From Betaproteobacteria bacterium (lineage in GTDB: Bacteria; Pseudomonadota; Gammaproteobacteria; Burkholderiales; JACQAP01), in NCBI GenBank assembly GCA_031403365.1, contig JANNTE010000027.1, positions 1,713-65,712 of the forward strand: 64,000 nt of DNA. The letters are read 5' to 3'. Positions 24,781-35,378 of this stretch are shown piece after piece (positions within the stretch are counted from its first letter, which is position 1; the number at the start of each line of letters is the position of its first letter). Below the pieces are notes generated by a model. That model had not been told where the DNA came from, made no database searches, and saw nothing but the letters and a program-made list of their open reading frames with translations. The position numbers and the translations under genes were made by a program.

Positions 24781-26046
24781 GTGCACGAAATTCAGAAACT
24801 CGCCGCTCAAACTGTTGGCAAAGTCCTGTCAGGGAGCAGTCTCAACGCGGCGCTCGATCTGGTGTGGCGGAGCAATCGTCAGCTGGGAGCGCCAGAGCGC
24901 GGGGCCATCCAGGACATCTGCTACGGAACGCTGCGTCATCTGGGAGAACTTGACGCCGTTCTCGCTCAACTGGCCCCAAAGCCAATTGCCCGTTACGAAT
25001 TGCGCAACCTGTTGCTCGCCGCGCTTTATCAACTGGAATACAGCAAGACCGCTCCATACGCAGTAGTCAATGGCGCGGTTGAAAGTGCCGTACAGCTCGT
25101 TGGTGAGCACGTACGCTCTTTCGCCAATGCCGTCCTGCGCAACTATCAACGTCGGCGCGACGCGTTGCGGGCGCATGCCAAAGCCGGCGATGAGGGGCGC
25201 TTTTCTTACCCCAAGTGGTGGATTGACAGAATAAAGGACGAATTCGGTACCGATGCTGGGCGCATTCTCGATATCGGCAACGATCATCCGCCCATGACGT
25301 TGCGGGTGAATGTTCGCCGGAGCAGCGCTGACGACTACCTGCAGCAACTGCGCCGCACAGGCATAGGAGCGCGCCAACTCGGCAACGGCGCACTGCTTCT
25401 GGAGCGACCAATGCCGGTAGACAAGCTGCCCGGGTTTGCGCAAGGCGCGGTGTCGGTTCAGGATGCGGGTGCCCAACTGGCAGCCCCGCTGCTGGACATT
25501 CGGAACGAATTGCGAGTGCTCGATGCCTGCTCCGCCCCGGGCGGAAAGTCCGCACATATCCTGGAACTCGCGGATGTCGAAATGGTTTCGCTCGATGCGG
25601 ATGCGGTGCGCCTGCAACGTGTGGGCTCGAATATTGACCGGTTGGGACTGCGGGCAAGGCTGCAAGCGGTCGATGCAGCCGCCTTGGACCTCTGGTGGGA
25701 CGGAAAGCCATTTGATCGGGTCCTGCTCGATGCACCTTGTTCGGCGTCGGGCGTAGTGCGCCGCCATCCGGACATCAAGTGGCTCAGGAGACCATCTGAT
25801 ATCGGTGCATTTGTGCACCAGCAGGAGCGTCTCCTGGAGGCTTTGTGGAAGGTCGTCGTCCCAGGTGGTAAATTGCTTTACGCGACTTGTTCGCTGTTTC
25901 GCGAAGAGAATGGTGACGTAATTGGCAAATTTGCGGAGCGTCAACCTGACGCCCGTATTCTGGGAGGAATGCCGGGGCGCGACGGATTGCTGCTTCCGGG
26001 CGACGAACACGATGGCTTCTACTACGCCCTTTTCCAGAAAGATTGA
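24781..26046 (+). CDS. rsmB: 16S rRNA (cytosine967-C5)-methyltransferase RsmB (Sun)
   Basis: 421 aa with a NusB-like N-terminus, the SAM fold DACSAPGGKS and the catalytic motifs DAPCSASGVVRRHPD and YATCS. Confidence 0.93.
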   Translation: MHEIQKLAAQTVGKVLSGSSLNAALDLVWRSNRQLGAPERGAIQDICYGTLRHLGELDAVLAQLAPKPIARYELRNLLLAALYQLEYSKTAPYAVVNGAVESAVQLVGEHVRSFANAVLRNYQRRRDALRAHAKAGDEGRFSYPKWWIDRIKDEFGTDAGRILDIGNDHPPMTLRVNVRRSSADDYLQQLRRTGIGARQLGNGALLLERPMPVDKLPGFAQGAVSVQDAGAQLAAPLLDIRNELRVLDACSAPGGKSAHILELADVEMVSLDADAVRLQRVGSNIDRLGLRARLQAVDAAALDLWWDGKPFDRVLLDAPCSASGVVRRHPDIKWLRRPSDIGAFVHQQERLLEALWKVVVPGGKLLYATCSLFREENGDVIGKFAERQPDARILGGMPGRDGLLLPGDEHDGFYYALFQKD

Positions 26047-26599
26047 AGGGCCGCGCTGGCTTGCAGCGCTGTGCGCGTTCTGGTGCGCCGCGCTGCTGGG
26101 TTCCGACGAGGGAGTCCATGTCAAGTCCGCCGAGGTATCCCGCAACGGGGACAGCTACTTCCTCGAGGCCAATTTCGCGGTCAAACTGACCAGCACACTT
26201 GAAGACGCGCTCAACAAGGGCTTGCCGCTGCATTTTGTCACTGAATTCGAGCTGATCCACCCGCGCTGGTACACGCTCTATCTCTGGAATAAGTCGGTGC
26301 TCGAATTCGAGCAGCGTTATCGCCTTTCCTACAACGCGCTTACCCGGCAGTACCGGTTGTCCAATGGTGCTCTCCATCAGAATCTCGATACCATGGATGA
26401 GGCGCTGAAGCTGATTGGCCAGGTCCGGCCGCGACTACTGGCCAGCGCCGACAGGCTCGATGACGGGAAAACCTACGAAGCGGTGATCCGCCTGCGGCTT
26501 GATGTTTCCCATCTGCCCAAACCGCTGCAGATTGATGCTCTGGCTTCCCGCGACTGGAATCTGGCTTCGGACTGGTATCGATGGACGGTGACTCCATGA
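26012..26599 (+). CDS. DUF4390-like secreted protein (start uncertain)
   Basis: The ORF overlaps the rsmB 3' end. ATG 26012 gives a signal-peptide-like N-terminus (RWLAALCAFWCAALLG). It occupies the conserved slot between rsmB and ntrY. The family assignment is from memory of this synteny. Confidence 0.6.
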   Translation: MASTTPFSRKIEGPRWLAALCAFWCAALLGSDEGVHVKSAEVSRNGDSYFLEANFAVKLTSTLEDALNKGLPLHFVTEFELIHPRWYTLYLWNKSVLEFEQRYRLSYNALTRQYRLSNGALHQNLDTMDEALKLIGQVRPRLLASADRLDDGKTYEAVIRLRLDVSHLPKPLQIDALASRDWNLASDWYRWTVTP

Positions 26600-28794
26600 C
26601 GCTGGCACGCCGCATGCGCAAATCGCTGTTCAGCCGCGGTATCCAGCTTTTGATCACGCTGGTCCTGTTGCTCGGAGCGGTGATGTTGTACCTGCTGTCG
26701 GGTGCCAGTGCCAATACGCCCTGGTTTTCCGGTGACCTGCCGTTGCTGCTGGCTTTCGGCGTCGGTGCCGTTCTTCTCTTGATGCTCGCGGTCGGCTATC
26801 AGTTGCTGATCCTGCGCCGGCGACTCAAGGCGCGGGTGTTTGGTTCCAAATTGACATTGCGCCTGGTGCTGCTTTTCGCCCTGGTTGCCGTGTTGCCCGG
26901 TGCGCTGGTCTACGCGGTGTCCGTTCAATTCCTGTCGCGTTCAATTGAATCGTGGTTCGACGTGAGGGTGGAAAAAGCGCTGGAAGGGGGCTTGAGCCTG
27001 GGCCGGGCGAATCTGGACAACATGCTCACGGAATTGCAGCGTAAAGCAGAAGCCATGAGTTTGCTGCTTTCGGCGCGCGCGGTTCCGCGCCAGGTTGCCG
27101 CGCTGAACATCCTGCGCGAGCAGGCGGCGGTAAACGAAGCTACCCTTTTTCGCACCGATGGCTCGGTCGTCGCGTTTTCCATCGGTGAATCCGCAAACCT
27201 TGCCCCGGACATGCCGTCTCCGTCAATGATCCATCGCGTTCGCATGCAACAGCCCTATCGCGCGATCGAAGCACTTGGCGAGGGCGGTTTGCAGCTTCGC
27301 GTTCTGGTTCCGGTAAACGACGTAGCGGGAGCGACCTTGTTGTTGCAGCTCATGCAACCGGTGCCCGCGTCACTCACACGCGATGCCCAGGCCGTGCAGG
27401 AAATCTATCGCGACTATCAGGAACTTTCGCTGTCGCGGCTTGGGTTGAACCGACTATATGCGATGACACTGACGCTGTCGTTGCTGCTGGCATTGCTGTC
27501 CGCATTGCTGCTGGCGATAGTCTTCAGCGGGCGGCTGTCGGCTCCGCTTGGTGTGCTTGCCGCTGGAACACGCGCCGTAGCGCAGGGTGATTTCAGCCAA
27601 CGACAAACCATCAAATCCCACGACGAACTGGGACTGTTGACCGAATCCTTCAACATCATGACCATGCAGCTTGCCGAGGCCCAGGCCGACGCACAGCGCA
27701 ATCAAGGCCAGGTCGCTGCTGCCAAGGCTTATCTGGAAAGCGTGCTCGGCAATCTTTCTGCAGGCGTACTGTCGTTCGATGCCGGTTCTCGATTGCGCTC
27801 GGCAAACCGAAGCGCGGAGCAAATTCTTGGCGTGGCGGTAAGCGAATTGGTTTCCACGCATCCCCGAGAATGGGCCGACCGTGAACCGCGGCTCGCCGTG
27901 ATCGGCAATGCTTTGCAGGAAGCGTTTCTAAAAGTCAGTAATGAGCCCTGGGAAACCCAAGTGGAATTATCCGGGGTTACCGGTCCGCAAGTGCTGTTGC
28001 TGCGCGTATCCACCCTCCCGGCGGGAGAGCAAACCGGCATGGTCGTGGTGTTTGACGACATCACCCGTATGCGGCAGGCACAACGCCTCGCGGCGTGGGG
28101 TGAAGTCGCGCAACGCCTTGCACACGAAATCAAGAATCCGCTGACCCCGATTCAGCTGTCTGCGGAGCGCTTACAACAGCGTCTGGCCGACAAGCTGGCC
28201 GGCCCTGACGCTGAAATTCTGAATCGACTGACCCAGACCATCGTGAACCAGGTGGGGTCGCTCAAAGCGCTGGTGGATGCATTTACGCTGTACGCGAGAT
28301 CTCCCGAGCCGCAGTTGCAGTCACTGGATTTGAATCTGTTGACGCGCGAGGTCGTCGGACTATACGAGTCTTCGAGTTCTCTGATGCAACTGCTCCTGGC
28401 AGCCAATCTGCCGCTGATTTCGGGCGATCCCGCCAAACTCAGACAGGTTATTCATAATCTCCTGCAAAACGCCGAGCATGCGCTCGCCGATATCGCCGCA
28501 CCGCGCATTGTGGTGAAAACCGAGCCGGTCAAAGCGGGGGTACTGCTGACCATAAGCGACAACGGACCGGGCTTTCCCGAGGCTGTGATCAGCCGGGCGT
28601 TCGAGCCTTACGTCACAACGAAGGCACGAGGGACAGGACTTGGATTGGCAATCGTCAAGAAAATCGTCGAAGAACACAATGGCAGCATCGCGGTTGCGAA
28701 TGCTGCGGACGGTGGTGCCATCGTGTCGATAGTTTTCCCGCTCGCCCAGGCGCAGGTTGTGCCGCTGCGAGCAAACCGGCAGGTGAGAAGATGA
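26596..28794 (+). CDS. ntrY: NtrY-type sensor histidine kinase
   Basis: About 732 aa from the ATG in an ATGA overlap with the upstream stop. It has N-terminal TM helices, HAMP, PAS, the H-box LAHEIKNPLTPI and the ATPase motifs DNGPGF and GTGLGLAIV. Confidence 0.88.
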   Translation: MTLARRMRKSLFSRGIQLLITLVLLLGAVMLYLLSGASANTPWFSGDLPLLLAFGVGAVLLLMLAVGYQLLILRRRLKARVFGSKLTLRLVLLFALVAVLPGALVYAVSVQFLSRSIESWFDVRVEKALEGGLSLGRANLDNMLTELQRKAEAMSLLLSARAVPRQVAALNILREQAAVNEATLFRTDGSVVAFSIGESANLAPDMPSPSMIHRVRMQQPYRAIEALGEGGLQLRVLVPVNDVAGATLLLQLMQPVPASLTRDAQAVQEIYRDYQELSLSRLGLNRLYAMTLTLSLLLALLSALLLAIVFSGRLSAPLGVLAAGTRAVAQGDFSQRQTIKSHDELGLLTESFNIMTMQLAEAQADAQRNQGQVAAAKAYLESVLGNLSAGVLSFDAGSRLRSANRSAEQILGVAVSELVSTHPREWADREPRLAVIGNALQEAFLKVSNEPWETQVELSGVTGPQVLLLRVSTLPAGEQTGMVVVFDDITRMRQAQRLAAWGEVAQRLAHEIKNPLTPIQLSAERLQQRLADKLAGPDAEILNRLTQTIVNQVGSLKALVDAFTLYARSPEPQLQSLDLNLLTREVVGLYESSSSLMQLLLAANLPLISGDPAKLRQVIHNLLQNAEHALADIAAPRIVVKTEPVKAGVLLTISDNGPGFPEAVISRAFEPYVTTKARGTGLGLAIVKKIVEEHNGSIAVANAADGGAIVSIVFPLAQAQVVPLRANRQVRR

Positions 28795-30050
28795 GCCAGA
28801 TCCTGGTCGTCGACGATGAGGTCGGCATCCGCGAACTGCTGTCAGAAATCCTGCGCGACGAGGGACACCAGGTCAGACTGGCGCAGAACGCACACGAAGC
28901 GCGGCAACTGCGCGGCCACGCCCGGCCGGATCTGGTCCTGCTCGATATCTGGATGCCGGATACCGACGGCATCACCCTGCTCAAGGAGTGGGCCAGTACC
29001 GGCCAATTGACCATGCCCGTGGTGATGATGTCGGGCCACGGCACCATCGATACCGCAGTGGAAGCCACGCGCATCGGCGCCTATGCTTTTCTGGAAAAAC
29101 CGATAGCCCTGCAGAAGTTGCTCAGCACAGTCGGAAGTGCACTGAAGCAGGGTTCGTTGCTGAGCAATGTGGCGGCCGTACCGGCGACGGTTGGCAAATC
29201 CCGGGCCGTGGAATTGTTGCGCGCCCAGATCGAGCGCCTGCGCTCCCTGAAATCCTCGGTTTTGTTCGTCGGTGAGCCCGGAGTGGGCAAGGAACAGTGC
29301 GCACGGCTGCTGCGCCAGCCCAACATGGCGTGGATTACCGCGGAAGACTATTCGATTCTTGATCGCACGGAACCCAGTCTCGCCGGCGACGCATCGGATG
29401 GCCTCATGTTTTTGCGAGAAGTGGCGGGATTGACGCGAGCCCAGCAGAAGAATCTGCTCAATCAAACGCTGAAGCTCGAGCGTACCAATATGAGGCTGCT
29501 TTCGTCGAGCCGGCTGGATCTGGCGGAAATGGTCGGCAAAGGTGAGTTCGATTCCCGGCTTTACTCCATCTTGGCCGGAGTTATTGTGCGCCTGCCAACA
29601 CTGCGTGAACGCGCGGAGGACGTTCCCGAACTCGCCAATCTTGTTCTGTCACACGTCATCGAATCGAAGGAGGTGCCGGCGCGCAGCTTCAATACCGCCG
29701 CACTGAACGCATTGCGAAATTATCACTGGCCGGGGAATCTGGTACAGCTCGAAAGTGTCGTAAAGACGGTTGCGCAGCTTGCCCAGGGAAGCGAGATCGG
29801 AGTGGCGGACGTGACCAATGCACTGGCGCGTCTTGAGGCGCCGCTGTCCGGCGTGACGCAGATGTTGCCGCTGGATGGCGGGTTGCGCGAGGCCCGCGAA
29901 GCCTTCGAGCGTGTGTATTTTGAATATCATCTAGGTCGTGAAGGCGGCAACATGAGCCGCGTCGCCGACCGCGTCGGGCTGGAGCGCACACATCTGTATC
30001 GCAAGCTGAAACAACTTGGCGTGAAGCTTCCCGGTCGCCTGGATGAATGA
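28791..30050 (+). CDS. ntrX: NtrX-type response regulator (receiver + degenerate AAA+ + Fis-type HTH)
   Basis: 419 aa with the receiver motifs VVDDE...LLDIWMPDTDG, Walker A GEPGVGKE, WPGNLVQLE and a C-terminal HTH (MSRVADRVGLERTHLYRKLKQLGV). It has an ATGA overlap with ntrY. Confidence 0.85.
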   Translation: MSQILVVDDEVGIRELLSEILRDEGHQVRLAQNAHEARQLRGHARPDLVLLDIWMPDTDGITLLKEWASTGQLTMPVVMMSGHGTIDTAVEATRIGAYAFLEKPIALQKLLSTVGSALKQGSLLSNVAAVPATVGKSRAVELLRAQIERLRSLKSSVLFVGEPGVGKEQCARLLRQPNMAWITAEDYSILDRTEPSLAGDASDGLMFLREVAGLTRAQQKNLLNQTLKLERTNMRLLSSSRLDLAEMVGKGEFDSRLYSILAGVIVRLPTLRERAEDVPELANLVLSHVIESKEVPARSFNTAALNALRNYHWPGNLVQLESVVKTVAQLAQGSEIGVADVTNALARLEAPLSGVTQMLPLDGGLREAREAFERVYFEYHLGREGGNMSRVADRVGLERTHLYRKLKQLGVKLPGRLDE

Positions 30051-30133
30051 TCCGGGCCGCACTCCGCTAGACTAGCGCCCCGTCAGTCCAGGGATGGTCC
30101 GGGGCTTACTTACAGAACTCAAAAAAGGAAGAC

Positions 30134-32119
30134 ATGGCAACCCGAATTGAATTGGCCAATGCCATACGCGCGCTGGCCATGGACGCAGTACAGAAAGCCA
30201 ACTCCGGCCATCCGGGCATGCCGATGGGCATGGCGGAAATAGCCGAAGTCCTGTGGAATCAGCATCTACGCCACAATCCGACCAATCCACAATGGGCGGA
30301 TCGTGACCGCTTCGTGTTGTCCAACGGCCACGGTTCCATGCTGCTGTATGCGCTGCTGCATCTGAGCGGCTATGCACTGCCGCTTGAGGAGATCAAACGT
30401 TTCCGCCAGTTGCATTCCCTGACTCCCGGCCATCCCGAATACGGCATGACACCGGGGGTGGAAACAACCACCGGCCCGCTGGGCCAGGGCATCGGCAATG
30501 CGGTCGGCATGGCGCTTGCCGAGCAGCTTTTGGCGGCGCACTTCAATCGCCCGGGCCACGCGATCGTGGACCACCGTACTTATGTTTTCCTGGGCGACGG
30601 CTGCCTGATGGAAGGCATCTCGCACGAGGCCTGTTCGCTGGCGGGAACCCTTGGACTGGGCAAGCTGATCGCGTTCTACGACGATAATGGGATTTCCATC
30701 GATGGTCATGTCGCAGGCTGGTTTACCGACGATACGCCCAATCGCTTTGAAGCCTACGGCTGGCATGTGGTGCGCAATGTCGATGGTCACGATGTCCAGG
30801 CGATTCATGCCGCAATCGAAGCCAGCAAGAATGCGCGCGACAAACCGAGCCTGATTTGCTGCAAGACCGTCATCGGCAAAGGATCTCCCAACAAGGCCGG
30901 AAGCCACGATGTTCATGGTGCCGCGCTCGGTGACAAGGAAGTTCTCGCGACGCGCGCACATATCGGCTGGAATCATGCCCCATTTGAAATTCCGGCCGAT
31001 ATCTATGCCGGCTGGGATGCACGCCACAGAGGCCGGCAACAGGAAGCCGCATGGCAAACCCGGTTCGCTGCCTATGCCGGAGCTTTCCCGGAACTGGCCA
31101 CCGAGTTCCGGCGGCGCATGGCCGCAGAACTGCCAGCGGGCTGGAGCGGGCACGTCTCCGGCTTTCTCGCCAGCGTCAACAGCAAGGCCGAGACCATTGC
31201 CAGCCGCAAGGCGTCGCAGAACTCGATCGAAGCCCTGGCGCCGGTTCTGCCCGAGCTGGTCGGCGGTTCCGCCGACCTGGCGGGTTCGAATCTCACGCTG
31301 TGGTCGGGTTCCAAAGGCGTTGCCAAGGGCAGTGGTGGCAACTACGTTTACTACGGTGTGCGTGAATTCGGTATGTCCGCGATCATGAACGGAATGGCGC
31401 TGCATGGTGGATTGATCCCCTATGGCGCCACCTTTCTTACCTTTTCCGATTATTCGCGTAACGCGCTGCGCATGGCCGCGCTCATGAAGATCCGCAGTCT
31501 GTTCATCTTCACCCACGATTCCATAGGCCTCGGTGAAGACGGACCCACGCACCAATCGGTGGAGCATGCGGCCAGCCTGCGCCTGATTCCTCATCTGGAT
31601 GTCTGGCGGCCCTGTGATACCGTGGAATCGGCGGCAGCGTGGATTGCCGCAATAGAACGCCGCGACGGTCCGGCGTGTCTGTTGTTCTCGCGGCAGAACC
31701 TGCCGTTTCAACCGCGAGATGGCAAGAGCGTCAAGAACATCGCCCGCGGCGCCTACGTCCTTTCGGATGCGGTTAACCCGAAAGCGATCATCATTGCCAC
31801 CGGATCGGAAGTCGCCCTGGCCATGGCCGCGCAGAAAATGCTTGCGGAAAGCGGCCTCGCGGTCAGAGTCGTGTCGATGCCCAGTACCAGTGTATTTGAC
31901 CGGCAGGATGCCGCGTACCGGGAAGAAGTGCTGCCACCGGGAATCAAGCGGGTGGCGGTGGAAGCTGGCGTGACCGATATCTGGCGCAAGTATGTCGGAC
32001 TCGAGGGCGAGGTCATCGGACTCGACCGCTTTGGTGAATCGGCACCTGCCGGCGATTTGTTCAAGTTCTTCGGCATCACTGCGGAAGCGGTGGTCGCAGC
32101 GGTCAGGCGCCTGACCTGA
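30134..32119 (+). CDS. tkt: Transketolase
   Basis: 661 aa with [25 protein letters not shown] and the thiamine diphosphate motif [13 protein letters not shown]. Confidence 0.97.
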   Translation: MATRIELANAIRALAMDAVQKANSGHPGMPMGMAEIAEVLWNQHLRHNPTNPQWADRDRFVLSNGHGSMLLYALLHLSGYALPLEEIKRFRQLHSLTPGHPEYGMTPGVETTTGPLGQGIGNAVGMALAEQLLAAHFNRPGHAIVDHRTYVFLGDGCLMEGISHEACSLAGTLGLGKLIAFYDDNGISIDGHVAGWFTDDTPNRFEAYGWHVVRNVDGHDVQAIHAAIEASKNARDKPSLICCKTVIGKGSPNKAGSHDVHGAALGDKEVLATRAHIGWNHAPFEIPADIYAGWDARHRGRQQEAAWQTRFAAYAGAFPELATEFRRRMAAELPAGWSGHVSGFLASVNSKAETIASRKASQNSIEALAPVLPELVGGSADLAGSNLTLWSGSKGVAKGSGGNYVYYGVREFGMSAIMNGMALHGGLIPYGATFLTFSDYSRNALRMAALMKIRSLFIFTHDSIGLGEDGPTHQSVEHAASLRLIPHLDVWRPCDTVESAAAWIAAIERRDGPACLLFSRQNLPFQPRDGKSVKNIARGAYVLSDAVNPKAIIIATGSEVALAMAAQKMLAESGLAVRVVSMPSTSVFDRQDAAYREEVLPPGIKRVAVEAGVTDIWRKYVGLEGEVIGLDRFGESAPAGDLFKFFGITAEAVVAAVRRLT

Positions 32120-32123
32120 TCCG

Positions 32124-33071
32124 ATGCGCCTGGTAGCGGACATTGGTGGCACCAACCTCCGTCTAGCGCTGGTTGCCGCCGACTCGCAGCAGCCGCAGCA
32201 GGAAAGAGTGCTGCGATGTGCCGACTTTGAAAGCCTCGAACAAGCCGTGCGCAGCTACCTGGAAGAATGCGGTCGCCCGGTGTTAAGCGAAGCCGCCATG
32301 GATGTCGCCACCGGAATTACCGGTGATTTCGTGCATCTGACCAACGGGCCCTGGGGATTCTCCATAGAGCAGACGCGCCGCAATCTGAGACTCGCGCGCC
32401 TGCAGGTCATCAACGATTTCACTGCCCTCGCTCTGGCGGTGCCGCAAATGCGCGCCGATGAATTGCAGAGGATCGGCGCAGGAGAGGCTGTGCCCGGCGC
32501 GCCCATAGCCGTCATAGGCGCAGGAACCGGGCTGGGTGTTTCCGGGCTGGTGCAGGTCGATGGGCGCTGGGTTGCCCTTCAGGGAGAGGGCGGGCATACC
32601 GCATTCGCGCCGATGAACGAACGCGAGATCGGCGTGCTGCGCTGGCTGTGGCAGCAATTCGAACATGTCTCGACGGAACGGGTGGCGAGCGGCATGGGAC
32701 TGGAGAATGTCTACCAGGCCGTGTGTGCCATGGACGGCGTGAGTCCAAGAGCACTGACTCCGGAACAGATTACCGACGCGGCCTTGGCCGGCAAAGATGC
32801 GCAGTGCGCGGAAACCGTGGCCATGTTCTGCGCCATTCTTGGCTCCGCCGCGGCGAATCTGGTGGTCACACTGGGCGCGCGCGGCGGTTGCTATATCGGT
32901 GGCGGCATCGTGCCCAAACTCGGAGAGAATTTCCAGCGCTCCCCATTTCGCTCCCGTTTTGAAAACAAAGGCAGATTTTCCGGCTATGTTGCGGCGGTGC
33001 CAACGTTCGTGATCCTGGCGCCGACACCTGCGCTGCGTGGCCTGGCGACTCTGTTTCAGAATGCCGGTTGA
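32124..33071 (+). CDS. glk: Glucokinase
   Basis: 315 aa with the ROK-less Glk-type N-terminus MRLVADIGGTNLRLALV, directly after tkt. Confidence 0.9.
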   Translation: MRLVADIGGTNLRLALVAADSQQPQQERVLRCADFESLEQAVRSYLEECGRPVLSEAAMDVATGITGDFVHLTNGPWGFSIEQTRRNLRLARLQVINDFTALALAVPQMRADELQRIGAGEAVPGAPIAVIGAGTGLGVSGLVQVDGRWVALQGEGGHTAFAPMNEREIGVLRWLWQQFEHVSTERVASGMGLENVYQAVCAMDGVSPRALTPEQITDAALAGKDAQCAETVAMFCAILGSAAANLVVTLGARGGCYIGGGIVPKLGENFQRSPFRSRFENKGRFSGYVAAVPTFVILAPTPALRGLATLFQNAG

Positions 33072-33075
33072 AAAC

Positions 33076-33372
33076 ATGGACGAGATGATCGAACTCATCG
33101 GCCTGACAGCCGGCATTCTGACCACTGGGGCCTTCATTCCGCAAGTGATGAAAATTTATCGCACCAAGTCCGGCGAGGATGTATCGGCTAGGATGATGAC
33201 CCTGTTCAGCGCCGGTATCGTGCTGTGGCTGATCTATGGAGTATTGCTGCGATCCCTGCCGTTGATACTTTCCAATGTGTTCACCCTGGTACTGTCGCTC
33301 GCCATCCTCGCGCTCAAGATTCGGTATCGTCGCGACTCGCGCGGTAGGGGACAGGAAGGTGGGCCGCGCTAG
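33076..33372 (+). CDS. SemiSWEET (PQ-loop/MtN3 family) sugar transporter
   Basis: 98 aa from ATG 33076 (an alternative ATG lies at 33061). It has 3 TM helices and the PQ motif TGAFIPQVMKIYRTKS, and resembles characterised bacterial SemiSWEETs along its length. Confidence 0.85.
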   Translation: MDEMIELIGLTAGILTTGAFIPQVMKIYRTKSGEDVSARMMTLFSAGIVLWLIYGVLLRSLPLILSNVFTLVLSLAILALKIRYRRDSRGRGQEGGPR

Positions 33373-34484
33373 GCAATCCGTTTTTCGGTCGCAGGATCGA
33401 AGAAAACCACCTTTGACAGATTGAAAGCCAGCTCCATCGATTGACCGGCTGCGCAGGACAGTTCCGGGCGCACCCGGCAACACACCACTTCGCCGTTGAT
33501 GCGAATGAGCACCAGGGTGTCCGGACCGGTGGGTTCCACCAGTTCCACGTCGTGCTTGCGGCTGAAGATGCCGCGGTCGCCGCGCTGTGCCGTGAGGCTG
33601 TCGGTTATCTGTTCTGGCCGGATACCGAGGATGACTTTTTTGCCGACCCAAGGCCGAAGCGTGGCTTCAAGATGCGGCAGTGGCATCACGAAATCCTCGC
33701 GCGCATCCTTGAGACGAGCGCCAACAACGCCGGCTTCGTGCGATACGATTTCGGTTCGGATGAAGTTCATCGATGGCGACCCGATGAAGCCGGCGACAAA
33801 CAGATCTGCCGGGTTGTCATAAATTTCCTGGGGCGAGCCGAACTGGCGGATCTCGCCGCCTTGCATGACGGCTATCTTGCTTCCCAGGGTCATGGCCTCG
33901 ATCTGGTCATGGGTGACGTACACGATGGTCGCCTTGAGGCGATCATGGAGCATCTTGATCTCCATGCGCATCTCGACACGCAGTTTTGCGTCCAGGTTGG
34001 ACAGAGGCTCGTCGAACAGGAACAGTTGCGGATCGCGCGCGATGGCGCGACCCATGGCCACACGCTGGCGCTGGCCGCCTGAAAGCTGCGAGGGCTTGCG
34101 ATCCAGTAGCGGGCCCATCTGAAGAATCCTGGCGACGCGCTCCACGATTTTTTCCTGTTCCGGTTTTGGTACATGGCGCATTTCTAGGCCGAACGAGATG
34201 TTCTGGCGCACGGTCATGTTTGGATACAAGGCATAGGACTGAAACACCATCGCGATGTCGCGGTCCTTCGGGCTCAAATTGTTTACCACCCGGCCCGCTA
34301 TAAGGACATCGCCGGAGCTCGCCGTATCTAGACCGGCGATGATGTTGAGCAAAGTGGACTTGCCGCAGCCGGACGGCCCCACCAATATCAGAAACTCGCC
34401 CGATTCGACATCGAGGTCGATGTCCTTGAGAACCTCGACGCTCCCGAACACCTTGCGCACGTTTCTGACAGCCAGTGACGACAC
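33369..34484 (-). CDS. Sugar ABC transporter ATP-binding protein (MalK/UgpC type)
   Basis: 371 aa with Walker A GPSGCGKST, the signature LSGGQRQRVA, Walker B LFLFDEPLS and a C-terminal regulatory TOBE-like domain. Confidence 0.92.
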   Translation of the reverse strand: MSSLAVRNVRKVFGSVEVLKDIDLDVESGEFLILVGPSGCGKSTLLNIIAGLDTASSGDVLIAGRVVNNLSPKDRDIAMVFQSYALYPNMTVRQNISFGLEMRHVPKPEQEKIVERVARILQMGPLLDRKPSQLSGGQRQRVAMGRAIARDPQLFLFDEPLSNLDAKLRVEMRMEIKMLHDRLKATIVYVTHDQIEAMTLGSKIAVMQGGEIRQFGSPQEIYDNPADLFVAGFIGSPSMNFIRTEIVSHEAGVVGARLKDAREDFVMPLPHLEATLRPWVGKKVILGIRPEQITDSLTAQRGDRGIFSRKHDVELVEPTGPDTLVLIRINGEVVCCRVRPELSCAAGQSMELAFNLSKVVFFDPATEKRIA

Positions 34485-34496
34485 TGTTGACCCCTT

Positions 34497-35378
34497 TCAG
34501 CCCTTGACTGCGCCGGCGGTAAGGCCGCGCATGAAGTACTTCCCGGCGATTACGTAGACCAGCAGGGTGGGCAAGCCGGCGATGATTGCGGCGGCCATAT
34601 CGACGTTGTACTCCTTGACCCCGGTTGACGTGTTTACCAGATTGTTGAGCGCGACCGTAATCGGTTGCCGCTCCCCCGAGGAGAACACCACGCCGAACAA
34701 AAAATCGTTCCAGATTTGCGTGAACTGCCAGATGACGCAGACCACGATGATCGGCGGCGACACCGGCAGGATTATGCGCCAGAAGATCCGGAAAAATCCG
34801 GCACCATCAATGCGCGCTGCCTTGATCATTTCGTCTGGAATGGTGACGTAGAAATTGCGGAAAAACAGCGTTGTAAATGCGAGACCGTACACCACATGCA
34901 CGAATATCAGTCCGGCCGTCGTATTGGCAATACCCAGATACCCCAGGGTTTGCGCCATCGGCAGCAGCACAACCTGGAACGGGATAAAGCAGCCCAGCAG
35001 CAGCAAGGTGAAGAACAGATCGCTGCCGCGGAAACGCCACAGGGTGAGGACGTAACCGTTCATCGCGCCGATCAAGGTCGAGATCAACACCGCCGGTACG
35101 ACGAAACTCACTGAATTCCAGAAATTTTTCTTCAACCCGTCGCAATCGACCCCGCTGCAGGCGCTCGACCAGGCTTTGGCCCACGCCTCGAATGTGATCT
35201 GTGCCGGCAAGGCCAGCAGATTGCCGCCCCGTATATCGTCCAGCGACTTGAGCGAAGTCGTGATCATCACGAACAGCGGCATCAGATAATAGAGAGCAAA
35301 CAGGATCAGCAGTGTGTAGACGACGATGCGGCCGAAAAGGTAAGAGCCGGCGGACTGGGAGCGCTGGAATTCAGCCAC
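34497..35378 (-). CDS. Carbohydrate ABC transporter permease (MalG-like)
   Basis: 293 aa, 6 TM, with the EAA-loop-like IPDEMIKAARIDGAGFFRIFWRIILP. Confidence 0.9.
   Translation of the reverse strand: MAEFQRSQSAGSYLFGRIVVYTLLILFALYYLMPLFVMITTSLKSLDDIRGGNLLALPAQITFEAWAKAWSSACSGVDCDGLKKNFWNSVSFVVPAVLISTLIGAMNGYVLTLWRFRGSDLFFTLLLLGCFIPFQVVLLPMAQTLGYLGIANTTAGLIFVHVVYGLAFTTLFFRNFYVTIPDEMIKAARIDGAGFFRIFWRIILPVSPPIIVVCVIWQFTQIWNDFLFGVVFSSGERQPITVALNNLVNTSTGVKEYNVDMAAAIIAGLPTLLVYVIAGKYFMRGLTAGAVKG

Noticed and set aside
24829-26145. 438-aa minus-strand ORF opposite rsmB
   Set aside because: It is codon-aligned antisense to rsmB (offset 48 nt), with no motifs. rsmB carries complete methyltransferase signatures.
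30266-32155. 629-aa minus-strand ORF opposite tkt
   Set aside because: This is the same codon-aligned antisense geometry (30266 minus 30134 is divisible by 3). It has an arginine-rich nonsense-like composition, and tkt on the plus strand is unambiguous.
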